Below, one piece after another: positions 8,658 to 17,142 of a DNA stretch of 55,356 nt (position 1 is its first letter; every line of letters begins with the position of its first letter). The DNA is from a virus (Duplodnaviria; Caudoviricetes). The notes beneath the pieces were generated by a model. That model was not told the DNA's origin. It saw only the letters and a program-made list of their open reading frames with translations, and made no database searches. Location of the stretch: IMG/VR virus record IMGVR_UViG_3300047652_000066, positions 1-55,356 of that record. One strand, written 5' to 3'. A program made the position numbers and the translations under genes.

Positions 8658-8752
8658 TTCACACTCGCAGCCGATTTGCATAGCGCTGCAACAATCAAAC
8701 CCACGCACGCGCCGACAATTGCACCAATGACAAATGCGATAAATATCGACAT
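8654..8752 (-). CDS. Small membrane peptide, 32 aa
   Basis: MSIFIAFVIGAIVGACVGLIVAALCKSAASVK; GGAGAAAGGA RBS; GxxxG repeats. Confidence 0.6.
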   Translation of the reverse strand: MSIFIAFVIGAIVGACVGLIVAALCKSAASVK

Positions 8753-8882
8753 TTTCCTTTCTCCAATCGGAAGTAGGGTGCCTGGTCGCTTCTCCACCTC
8801 AGGCGGCAGTGGACCCTGCTATTCCCCAACAACAAGGATTCGGTTAATCTGGATATCCCCAACAACAAGAAGAGTAATCAAA

Positions 8883-9389
8883 GTGATCGCTGAATTATCT
8901 GCGGCGCTGTCCGCTCTTAAAGAAACAGCCGGATTGGTAAGGGTAATAAACGAAGCCAAAAATGATGCTGAAGTTAAAGCTGCGACTTTCGAGCTCAACA
9001 ACAAACTTTTAACCCTTCAATCTGAATGCTTTACTCTTGGTGATGCGATCCGAGCGCGTGACGAAAAAGTAAAACTTTTAGAGGCAAAAATTGGCGAATT
9101 TGAAGATTTTAGTAGCCAGACCGATGGATATGTCCTTGATAAACTTGCCTCTGGAACATTTGTATATTCGAAAAAACAAGTAATCGGAGGATCGGAAACG
9201 ACTGTACACCTTTGCCAACGTTGTTTTACCACTCGTGTAATTTCTGTGCTTCAACCAATCGCTGATCCTTTTTACAACCCGCATAATGAAAAATATTATT
9301 TTCAATCAAAGTGTTACAACTGTAATTCTACTTATCCAATGAACCTTTCAAACTATAAACCCTATGATCCCAATGATGATTTTTCCTAG
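8883..9389 (+). CDS. Coiled-coil plus Zn-ribbon moron protein (sieB-like position)
   Basis: GTG start 8883; N-terminal heptads; CQRC and CYNC; antisense to pL. Confidence 0.7.
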   Translation: MIAELSAALSALKETAGLVRVINEAKNDAEVKAATFELNNKLLTLQSECFTLGDAIRARDEKVKLLEAKIGEFEDFSSQTDGYVLDKLASGTFVYSKKQVIGGSETTVHLCQRCFTTRVISVLQPIADPFYNPHNEKYYFQSKCYNCNSTYPMNLSNYKPYDPNDDFS

Positions 9390-9410
9390 GTGTTGGATAT
9401 CCAGATTTTT

Positions 9411-9418
9411 AAAGAGCG
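9411..9418 (-). promoter_or_regulatory. boxA-like antitermination element
   Basis: CGCTCTTT on the minus strand in the pL leader; a second copy near 7858-7865. Confidence 0.55.
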
Positions 9419-9524
9419 AAGCGTCCTTAGGGGCGCTTTTTGTTGCCTAGCGAATCATCCGGTGTTTCGTATGCCGCCGGCAGCTACTGCGTGGGCGTCC
9501 TGCCTGTTCGCTGTTGATGAAATG

Positions 9525-9566
9525 ATATTGCTACTTAAAGTAGTAAAAATCAACTACAAAAAGTAG
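9525..9566 (-). promoter_or_regulatory. pL promoter with two CI operators (CTAC-N5-GTAG at 9531-9543 and 9554-9566)
   Basis: TTGATT-N17-CAATAT overlapping palindromes that recur in the cI-cro gap. Confidence 0.75.
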
Positions 9567-9964
9567 AAAATAATGATGAGAGAGAATAAAAAACATAACA
9601 TATTGATAAATTGAGTTATTAATTTGAACAGGAATTATGGAGAGGTGAAAAGACAATAGTCATTAACGATTTGTAGCGAAACTACATTAACAAATGAAGG
9701 AATGGCAAATCATTTAGTCAAACGCTGTCCATTATCACATCATGAGGCGCAAAGGGTAACCAAGGCCAAATGCGAAAAGTCTTATTTGTTGATGGTGAGT
9801 ATATATACAGTTATTTAATTATCTGATTTAAATACCAATTTTTCCTCATCCATTCAGAATTTGCATATTGAAACAAATTGTGATCCATTATTCTTGTCTA
9901 TCACTACCATTTAGGTAATATTCATGGGAATGATATGCAGGTTGACTCCCTGCGGGAGGTCTTA

Positions 9965-10177
9965 ATGTTCAAATTTGATATGCAAATTGCCCAAAACTAC
10001 GCAGCGTTTTACAACCCAGACGATGGAAAATGCGTATTCGTTGATTCTTTTGATAATCAAGAGTTTGACGTTAGGGTAGGCACACCGAAATATAGTAGGC
10101 GCATTGGAACCATCTACGCCACTTCAGATGAAGATCTTAATCAACAACTTCAATCTTTAACGGCTACTCATGTATGA
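9965..10177 (+). CDS. Small hypothetical protein (possible antitoxin/partner)
   Basis: GGGAGGT RBS; ATGA overlap with the next gene. Confidence 0.65.
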   Translation: MFKFDMQIAQNYAAFYNPDDGKCVFVDSFDNQEFDVRVGTPKYSRRIGTIYATSDEDLNQQLQSLTATHV

Positions 10178-10551
10178 GTGTTACTCATCAAGGAATTCGT
10201 GATTTTGAAGCTGAAATAAATAGTATCCTTGCAGAAGATTGTGTTGAGCTTCGTTTAACATCACATGTTGCCTATGAACGCTTGAACGATCTAAGGAACA
10301 ATCCGGTAATTACCCTTCCTGAGTTAGAAAATTTGTTTCGCACCTTCATAAAGGTTCATCTCACAACCGTGCTTGGCTACCCTGACGGTACAACTTTTAC
10401 CATTAAATGTAATAAAACCAACATTCATCTTCCTTGCTCATTGATCCGTGATGTAATTATTGGGAAGACGTGGGTAATTTTGAGCGTTATTACTATCATG
10501 AGAAAGGCCAATTTTTTATCTCATGATCCAATCATCCTCGAAATCAACTAA
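10174..10551 (+). CDS. Putative RelE/RegB-like (BECR fold) ribonuclease
   Basis: LTSHVAYERLNDLRN...ITLPEL..LF and VITIMRKANF pattern. Confidence 0.45.
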   Translation: MSVTHQGIRDFEAEINSILAEDCVELRLTSHVAYERLNDLRNNPVITLPELENLFRTFIKVHLTTVLGYPDGTTFTIKCNKTNIHLPCSLIRDVIIGKTWVILSVITIMRKANFLSHDPIILEIN

Positions 10552-10699
10552 CGATGGCCTTGCACAAGTTTATTATGCTCATCCCTGGTGGAATCTGCTA
10601 GAGCCATATTCCTGATTCATTGTTAATCATTATCTTATCAACATTTTTCCTGCCTTATGTGGGCTTTTTGTATCTGCTATCCAATCCCTTCCATGAATA

Positions 10700-11380
10700 T
10701 CAAATCCACTCTCTTGCTTCAGCGTCATCAATATGCCTCGATTCCTTGAGGATGCCAGCAACATATTCAATTTTATCAATATCACTACTAGCGATAGTGA
10801 TTGGTCTATGATCTTGATTGATGCTAGAAAACTGATATTGGCCATCACGTTCATAATTAAATATCTTGATCATGTTGTGGCCTTCTTTTGTCCGCACAAA
10901 AACTTCATCCCCTGGCCGCACCCGAGTATTTGGCTCAATTAGAACGTATTCTCCTGATTGAATACGTGGCCACATGCTGTCACCTTTAACCTTAAGGCCA
11001 AAGGCTTCTGGATCATCATTATGGATTTTTAGCCAACCATCTTGTAATTCAGTCATATCAATGGACCCATCCGCACCAAGGATGGCTTCACCGATGACTT
11101 TTACGAGTCCTTTTTTCATTGGCTCAGTATAAGTCATCCCTGTCAGTCCGGGTTTTATGGACTGCATTCCATACTCCAGATATGCCTCTGTTGTATTTAA
11201 GAATGTAGCCATTTTTTCCAAAATTGCTGCCCGCGGCTTAGCGGCGCCTATTGTATAACGGCGAGCCATTTCGTATGTGACACCCGTTTGCTTTGCAAGC
11301 TCGGTCACACTAACTTTTTTATCTGCCATAAGCTCACTAAGACGCTTGGCAAAATCTGAATTTTTTTGATCTTCTACCAT
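10700..11380 (-). CDS. cI: CI-like repressor (HTH plus S24 peptidase)
   Basis: HTH (SVTELAKQTGVTYEMARRY), VKGDSMWP, MIK; divergent from cro; likely start ATG 11380. Confidence 0.92.
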   Translation of the reverse strand: MVEDQKNSDFAKRLSELMADKKVSVTELAKQTGVTYEMARRYTIGAAKPRAAILEKMATFLNTTEAYLEYGMQSIKPGLTGMTYTEPMKKGLVKVIGEAILGADGSIDMTELQDGWLKIHNDDPEAFGLKVKGDSMWPRIQSGEYVLIEPNTRVRPGDEVFVRTKEGHNMIKIFNYERDGQYQFSSINQDHRPITIASSDIDKIEYVAGILKESRHIDDAEAREWI

Positions 11381-11460
11381 AAGTAGAAGATTACCTGTAT
11401 CACACCATCCAGTCATTTCTATTTTCAGTAGTTGTTTTTTGCTACTTAAAGTAGCATTAT
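11370..11460. promoter_or_regulatory. OR operators (11374-11386, 11419-11431, 11442-11454) and pR
   Basis: CTAC-N5-GTAG palindromes (one CTAT variant); TTGTTT-N17-CATTAT. Confidence 0.8.
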
Positions 11461-11487
11461 CCCTCTACGACAGTAGAGGAGCTGCAT

Positions 11488-11751
11488 ATGTCATCTTCAA
11501 ATTTTACTGAATTAGCCATTAAAGCCGCTGGAAAATCACTTTCAGAGGTTGCCCGGAGCTTTGGTTTTAAATCCACTCAGTCAGTAGCCAATTGGATAAT
11601 CAATAATCAAGTCCCTTCTGAACGTGTACTTCAACTTTGTGAATTGGCTGGATGGATCGTTACACCTCATCAATTGAGACCAGATATTTATCCTAACCCC
11701 AGTGATGGACTTCCCAGTGACCATTCAAAGGCTACTGAATCTATTGCTTAG
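11488..11751 (+). CDS. cro: Cro/YdaS-like regulator
   Basis: SLSEVARSFGFKSTQSVANW...VTPHQLRPDIYP. Confidence 0.85.
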   Translation: MSSSNFTELAIKAAGKSLSEVARSFGFKSTQSVANWIINNQVPSERVLQLCELAGWIVTPHQLRPDIYPNPSDGLPSDHSKATESIA

Positions 11752-11779
11752 TTAAAACCACAGAAACAGGGGGTTAACA

Positions 11780-12352
11780 GTGGGTATCGTAAACAAAGCC
11801 ATTAACAAAGCTAAAGACTGGATCGCTGAAAAACAGCCGGATTGGTATGTGAGGGCTGTAAGAAAAACTATCTCCGAACTTCCTGGGGGTTATGAAGAAG
11901 CGCCCACATGGCTGGGCAATAAAATAACCAACGATTCCCTTTTCAACCGATTGCGAACTAATGGCGATCAGCTTTTCCCACTCGGCTGGGCAATCGTCCT
12001 TCAGAAAGCTGGTGGTTCTCACCATATTGCGGATTCAGTCGCGCGCGCATCAGGGGGAGTTTTTGTACCTCTTCCGGACGTTGAGAAAGTTGATAACGCC
12101 GACATAAATCAACGCTTGCTAGAAGCCATTGAGCAAATCACTTCTTATTCACAGCAAATCAGGGAAGCCGTCGAGGATGGAATCATTGAGCCGCACGAAA
12201 GGGCAATTATTGATGATGAACTCTACCGGGTGATCGCGAAATTACAAGAGCACTTAACTCTTGTATACCTCATTTTTTGCCCTGCTGAAAAAGTTGACGC
12301 CCCGGGCTGCAATCCCAGGGCGCCGGCGCCTGCATATCGTGGAGATAACTAA
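11780..12352 (+). CDS. YmfL-family (CII-position) regulator
   Basis: QPDWYV.A..KTI..LPGGYEEA..WL...LFNRLR..GDQ.FPLGWA. Confidence 0.8.
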   Translation: MGIVNKAINKAKDWIAEKQPDWYVRAVRKTISELPGGYEEAPTWLGNKITNDSLFNRLRTNGDQLFPLGWAIVLQKAGGSHHIADSVARASGGVFVPLPDVEKVDNADINQRLLEAIEQITSYSQQIREAVEDGIIEPHERAIIDDELYRVIAKLQEHLTLVYLIFCPAEKVDAPGCNPRAPAPAYRGDN

Positions 12353-12507
12353 CGCATGAACAGTTTACACACTAATCCCCAGGTTACGCAATTCCGCTGC
12401 CTGCCATTCATCGCCGCCCAGGCAGCGCCATTCGATTACCTCCCGGCAGTGGAACGGGCGCAGTTGGAAAACGCTTGGCGGGAACTCAATGAACAGGGGG
12501 CAGCAGC

Positions 12508-12684
12508 GTGGATGAAAATCGTGTCCCTGTGGATCGCCACTACCGCGATCAGTATGGGGTGGCCGTGCACGTCGTTGCATGGGACCCCGAGAAACGACGG
12601 GTCATTTTCTTGCGAGACGGCTACGAACATGAATGCATGCAGCCGGTTGAACAATTCCGGGCGAAGTTCAGGAAAATATCATGA
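12508..12684 (+). CDS. DUF4222 family protein, 58 aa (not in ORF track)
   Basis: GTG start after AGGGGG; DRHYRDQYGVAVHVVAWDPEKRRVIFLRDGYEHECMQPVEQFRAKF; ATGA overlap with O. Confidence 0.75.
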   Translation: MDENRVPVDRHYRDQYGVAVHVVAWDPEKRRVIFLRDGYEHECMQPVEQFRAKFRKIS

Positions 12685-13727
12685 GTAGGATCTTCGAAAT
12701 TGTCCAATCCATGTCGGGGCAGAAGAACAGCATTGTTATTCCATGCCCTTACCTGGCCTTTTTTTCCGGTGACCAGCAGGTATTCGGATTGTCTGCCGTG
12801 CTGAATCAATTGGTTTTTTGGTCCGGCAAATCTTCATTGGAAGATGGATGGTTTTACAAAAGCCACGAAGAACTGTCCAGCGAAATTCCAGGGCTTAGTC
12901 AGGACCAAATCCAGCGCATTGTTAAAAAGCTCAGCCACAAATATTTGTCTGGGATCATTGAGGTTGCCACGCGGAAGGTAAATGGCACTCCAACCAGCCA
13001 TTACCGCATTAATGGTGATGCCCTGATCGCCAAAATATTCCCGCCCGCGCTGGATTCCGCAGAACTGCGGAATGGAAAACGCGAAGCTGCGGAATCAACT
13101 CCGCAGAACTGCGGAATGGAAAACGCAGAAGTGCGGAAACAATGCCGCGAAGCTGCGGAATCCTTTCTCTATACAGATCACTACACAGATCTAAACAAAC
13201 AGATCAAAGATCTTTCGTCGGAGAATTCTGGCGAATCCCCTGACGTGCTTTCTGAAAAAGAATTTTTAAAGGTTCATCCCGATGCTGTGGTTTATAGCCC
13301 CAAAGGCAACAAATGGGGAAACGACGAGGATCTGCGCTGCGCTAAATGGATTTGGGGTCGGATTATCAGGCTCTATGAGAAAGCGGCGGAAACCGATGGT
13401 GAGCTTGTACGACCCAAAGAACCTAACTGGGTAGCCTGGGCGAATGAAGTTCGCTTGATGCGGATGTTGGATAACCGGAATCATCGGCAGATCTGCGAAT
13501 TGTTTGGCCGTGCCAACAAAGACCGGTTCTGGTGCAAAAATATTCTGAGCCCCGCAAAGTTACGTGAAAAATGGGATGAGTTAATCCTAAAACTTTCCAA
13601 CGCTAATGGCGCCTCAGCGCGTCAAATCACCCCGCCAACCGGCCAAACCCCGCCTGGATGTATGAGTGCCGCGGAATTTGTCGCCCAAAATCCGATCCCC
13701 GAAGGAGCATTCGATGATGACGACTGA
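12681..13727 (+). CDS. Replication initiator (O-like)
   Basis: N-terminal wHTH, internal iterons, C-terminal WANEVRLMR...FWCKNILSPAKLREKW. Confidence 0.88.
   Translation: MSRIFEIVQSMSGQKNSIVIPCPYLAFFSGDQQVFGLSAVLNQLVFWSGKSSLEDGWFYKSHEELSSEIPGLSQDQIQRIVKKLSHKYLSGIIEVATRKVNGTPTSHYRINGDALIAKIFPPALDSAELRNGKREAAESTPQNCGMENAEVRKQCREAAESFLYTDHYTDLNKQIKDLSSENSGESPDVLSEKEFLKVHPDAVVYSPKGNKWGNDEDLRCAKWIWGRIIRLYEKAAETDGELVRPKEPNWVAWANEVRLMRMLDNRNHRQICELFGRANKDRFWCKNILSPAKLREKWDELILKLSNANGASARQITPPTGQTPPGCMSAAEFVAQNPIPEGAFDDDD
13055..13212. repeat. Replication origin: five CGC-N-GCGGAA iterons then four AGATC repeats
   Basis: CCGCAGAACTGCGGAA / CGCGAAGCTGCGGAA units at ~22-bp period inside the O gene. 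Confidence 0.8.
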
Positions 13728-14451
13728 TGATTTGCTTGCTCGTCTGACGGCTCTCAAACCTGCCCATGTGCAGCCCCGGTTTAAAACCTTTGAGGAGCTT
13801 ATGGCTTGGCATCGGGAGGAAGAACTAAAAACCTCTCGCGCTGTGATTATCCAGAATCGTCAACGCCGGCTGGAAAAAATTATCGGCAGGTCTGGCATTT
13901 GCCCTCTTCACAAGGACTGCACATTCGCCAATTACATCGTGGAATGTGAAGGGCAGCGCAGGGCATTGAATGCGGCCCGGGTTTACGCAAAGGAATTCGG
14001 CAAATCCCATGGCGGTTTTATTTTCTCCGGTAGCGTTGGAACTGGGAAAAATCATCTGGCCACGGCGATCGCCAAATACCTCATCAAAGGCGGAAAGACC
14101 GCGATGATCATCACTGCCGTGGAATTACTGACCAATTTCCGGGCCACGTTTGACAGAGGTAGTGCAGTCAAAGAAACCACCCTGCTGAAGGATTTTTGCG
14201 GCCTGGATCTGCTGGTGCTTGATGAAATCGGCCTGCAGAAGGGTAGCGAATGGGAAATCAATCTGCTGACGCAAATTGTTGATCGGCGCCAGTTGCAGCT
14301 TAAACCCACCGGGATGCTGACGAACAGCACTGAGGCAGAACTTCTGGCTGTCCTGGGTGAGCGAATCATGGATCGCCAGCTTTCTGGCGGTGTGTGGGTG
14401 GAATTTAACTGGCCCAGCCAGCGGAAAAAGAGCCGGGGGAAAAAGTCATGA
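13714..14451 (+). CDS. DnaC/IstB-like helicase loader
   Basis: Walker A GSVGTGKNH, Walker B LLVLDE. Confidence 0.9.
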   Translation: MMTTDDLLARLTALKPAHVQPRFKTFEELMAWHREEELKTSRAVIIQNRQRRLEKIIGRSGICPLHKDCTFANYIVECEGQRRALNAARVYAKEFGKSHGGFIFSGSVGTGKNHLATAIAKYLIKGGKTAMIITAVELLTNFRATFDRGSAVKETTLLKDFCGLDLLVLDEIGLQKGSEWEINLLTQIVDRRQLQLKPTGMLTNSTEAELLAVLGERIMDRQLSGGVWVEFNWPSQRKKSRGKKS

Positions 14452-14489
14452 AATCATCCAAAGGTGGCCTCAAAAAAGGAGACAGCAGA

Positions 14490-14690
14490 ATGAATATGCC
14501 CTTTTACGAAATCGCCGAAAAGGCGCGTAGCTCTGAAATTGCTGGCCTGCGTGCAGAAGCCCATTCGCTGTGGATTAAGGCCGAGAAACTAGCAAAAAGC
14601 CGGGCCAACGCCGAATGGTCGGCCGCCCGGGCAGATTTTTGCTTTAACTCCCGGTTTGCGCCTTTGCCGGTGCAAGGCGGTGAAGAATGA
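14490..14690 (+). CDS. ANR/PerC-like small regulator
   Basis: AEKA...E.AG...EA..LW.KA...N.EWS..RADFC; alternative start 14448. Confidence 0.65.
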   Translation: MNMPFYEIAEKARSSEIAGLRAEAHSLWIKAEKLAKSRANAEWSAARADFCFNSRFAPLPVQGGEE

Positions 14691-15058
14691 ATATTAACCA
14701 GAAAATCCGCCATCAGTTCATCGACGCCATGTTGCTGGTTCACGGCGTTATTAATCGCAAACATATCTCGGATACGTTTCAGATCGGACCGGCGGCCGCG
14801 TCTAAAGACTTGACCAATTATCGGGAAACATGGGAGGCAGCGGTAAGTTATTCATTCCGCCTCCAGTCAATAGTGGCGACTGATAAATTCAATTCGCGGT
14901 ATTTCACAAGTCCAGTTCATGCGAGACATTTTCTCGCAGTAATCAGCGAGATTTTTGAAGGGCCGCACCTTTGGAAAAGCGGATCTGTCCTTCCTGTCCG
15001 CAATCCCGACTCGTTGGCTGCTGTGAATACAGCAAAAACAGAAAGGGGCGCTGAATAA
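14687..15058 (+). CDS. Stand-alone wHTH resembling the CapW N-terminal domain
   Basis: RHQFIDAMLLVHGVINRKHISDTFQIGPAAASKDLTNY. Confidence 0.55.
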   Translation: MNINQKIRHQFIDAMLLVHGVINRKHISDTFQIGPAAASKDLTNYRETWEAAVSYSFRLQSIVATDKFNSRYFTSPVHARHFLAVISEIFEGPHLWKSGSVLPVRNPDSLAAVNTAKTERGAE

Positions 15059-15059
15059 C

Positions 15060-15851
15060 ATGGCAAAAAATTCTGTAGACGCTTATGGCGCCAGCGGCAA
15101 AACCAACGTTCTGATGTTCGTGCCAGAAAATCTGCATTTGGTCGATGACCCAACTCATCCGCTATATGACGAACGTATTCACTTACCCCTGGACGAGGCT
15201 ATGGTGCTGAACATCATGGACCAGGGAGTTATTGAGCCGATCGTCGTATGGAAAGACAAAGAAACCGGTCTGGTCTGCGTTGTCGATGGTCGCCAGCGCG
15301 TCAAACATGCCATTGAGGCAAATATTCGCCTGCTTCAGGAAGGTAAAGAACCATTGCACGTCCCTGGAGTGGTGCGGATTGGATCGGCTAATCGTATGTC
15401 ACAGGCAATGGTCAGCGCTAATGAAATCAGGCGCGCTGATACTCCACTTGGCCGCGCAAAGAAAATGGCCGACATGCTGTCACGCGGGAATGACGAGGAA
15501 GACCTCGCTCTATTTTTCGGTATTAGCATCCAGACCGTCCTGGCAACACTATCCCTTCTCGAATGCACTCAAGCGGTACAGAACGCCGTTGAATCTGGGC
15601 AGATTACCATCGGCCACGCCCGGCAATTGGCTGATCTCCCTCCAGAAGAACAGCGCGACAAGGTTCAGCAACTTGTCTCGGTAGCCCAAGAGACCAAAGG
15701 TCACGAAAAGGCGAGACGTCAGCGCGCCGTGCTTGGGAATGCCCAACCTCGAATGAAAAGCCGCAAACAAATTTCTATCGCTTTGGCTTCTGCAACCGGT
15801 GAATATGCCGCGGCCCTGCGCTGGGTAATCGGACAGGAGAGCGCAGAATGA
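15060..15851 (+). CDS. ParB/Srx-like protein
   Basis: GVIEPIVV...VVDGRQR plus HTH. Confidence 0.85.
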   Translation: MAKNSVDAYGASGKTNVLMFVPENLHLVDDPTHPLYDERIHLPLDEAMVLNIMDQGVIEPIVVWKDKETGLVCVVDGRQRVKHAIEANIRLLQEGKEPLHVPGVVRIGSANRMSQAMVSANEIRRADTPLGRAKKMADMLSRGNDEEDLALFFGISIQTVLATLSLLECTQAVQNAVESGQITIGHARQLADLPPEEQRDKVQQLVSVAQETKGHEKARRQRAVLGNAQPRMKSRKQISIALASATGEYAAALRWVIGQESAE

Positions 15852-16087
15852 GCAACTACGTTACACCTAAATTTCCCGTGGGAGCACTGATAAAGCGCCT
15901 TGGCAAGACTGGAACAATTCTTAGTTCGGACGTGACTCACAATCACAAGACAGGCGAGCATTACGTAATTTGCTGGGTTAAATGGGATGACAACACCACC
16001 TCAAACCATCATCAGCGCGAACTGGAATGGCTGACGCCGGCACATCCAGTTATGCATGACATTCCAAATATGGGGAATGCCATATGA
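15848..16087 (+). CDS. Hypothetical protein
   Basis: ATGA-coupled on both sides. Confidence 0.6.
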   Translation: MSNYVTPKFPVGALIKRLGKTGTILSSDVTHNHKTGEHYVICWVKWDDNTTSNHHQRELEWLTPAHPVMHDIPNMGNAI

Positions 16088-17142
16088 GCTATCAGCTTTT
16101 TATTGGTGATTGCATCGAATCAATGCAGGCCATGCCGGATCAGTCTGTGAATTGCTGCGTGACAAGTCCACCGTATTACGGTTTACGGGATTATGGTGTT
16201 GAGGGACAAATTGGCCTTGAGCAAACGCCGGAGGCATTCATCGCCCGGCTGGTCGCCGTATTCCGCGAAGTCCGGCGCGTCCTGCACGATGACGGCACGT
16301 TGTGGGTAAATATGGGGGACAGCTACGCAACCACCTCAACGTATAACGCGCCCAGGACATCTGCCGGCGATTTCGGTCGTGTCGCTGGTTCCCGCCAGCC
16401 AGCCGCAAAGATTCCCAACGGACTTAAGGCGAAAGATCTTCTGGGTATTCCCTGGGCGCTGGCCTTTGCCCTGCGCGCGGACGGTTGGTATCTGCGTCAG
16501 GATATCATCTGGCACAAACCTAACCCTATGCCTGAGAGCGTCCGCGACCGCTGCACGAAGGCCCATGAGTATATTTTTCTGCTGAGCAAATCGCCGCAGT
16601 ATTTTTTCGATCATGAAGCTATGAAAGAGCCTGTTCAGTCGGACAAAGGCAACACCAAAAGTTTTCGCGGCGGCGCCTATGTGAACAATTCCACTTTTGA
16701 TAATTCAACTGGTGGAAATCGCACCGTCACCGGCAATACCCGTTCAAGGCGCAATTCGTTCAAACGTGACGGCAGCAAGCGCGCGCAGGTGATTCCCGGC
16801 CAGACCGTAGGCACACACCGCCCGGGCCGGGATGAATCCGCGTGGGATACAGGCATGCGCAACCGACGCGATGTTTGGAGCGTCGCAACACGGGGATATG
16901 CCGGCGCGCATTTCGCCACGTTCCCGCCGGCGCTGATTGAGCCATGCATCCTGGCCGGTTGCCCTGTCGGCGGAACAGTACTGGACCCGTTCGGTGGCAG
17001 CGGTACAACGGCAGGGGTTGCGCTGGTCCATGGTCGCAAAGCAATTTTGTGCGAACTCAACCCGGATTATGCCGCACTGGTACCGGCACGCATCGATCAG
17101 ATTATTGGCTCCAGCGTCAAGCGTAAGGAGGCAGCCGCATGA
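16084..17142 (+). CDS. N4-C/N6-A DNA methyltransferase (beta class)
   Basis: TSPPY, HFATFP, LDPFGGSGTT. Confidence 0.92.
   Translation: MSYQLFIGDCIESMQAMPDQSVNCCVTSPPYYGLRDYGVEGQIGLEQTPEAFIARLVAVFREVRRVLHDDGTLWVNMGDSYATTSTYNAPRTSAGDFGRVAGSRQPAAKIPNGLKAKDLLGIPWALAFALRADGWYLRQDIIWHKPNPMPESVRDRCTKAHEYIFLLSKSPQYFFDHEAMKEPVQSDKGNTKSFRGGAYVNNSTFDNSTGGNRTVTGNTRSRRNSFKRDGSKRAQVIPGQTVGTHRPGRDESAWDTGMRNRRDVWSVATRGYAGAHFATFPPALIEPCILAGCPVGGTVLDPFGGSGTTAGVALVHGRKAILCELNPDYAALVPARIDQIIGSSVKRKEAAA

Noticed and set aside
9795-9810. LexA box upstream of the two-gene moron
   Set aside because: Only the ATATATACAG half matches; the CTGT half is missing
12356-12688. 110-aa ORF as the real gene
   Set aside because: Its 3' half overlaps a recognisable DUF4222 frame (12508-12684); the 5' part is unverified
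13055-13161. CRISPR-like array
   Set aside because: ~22-bp period with no unique spacers, inside the O gene: these are iterons
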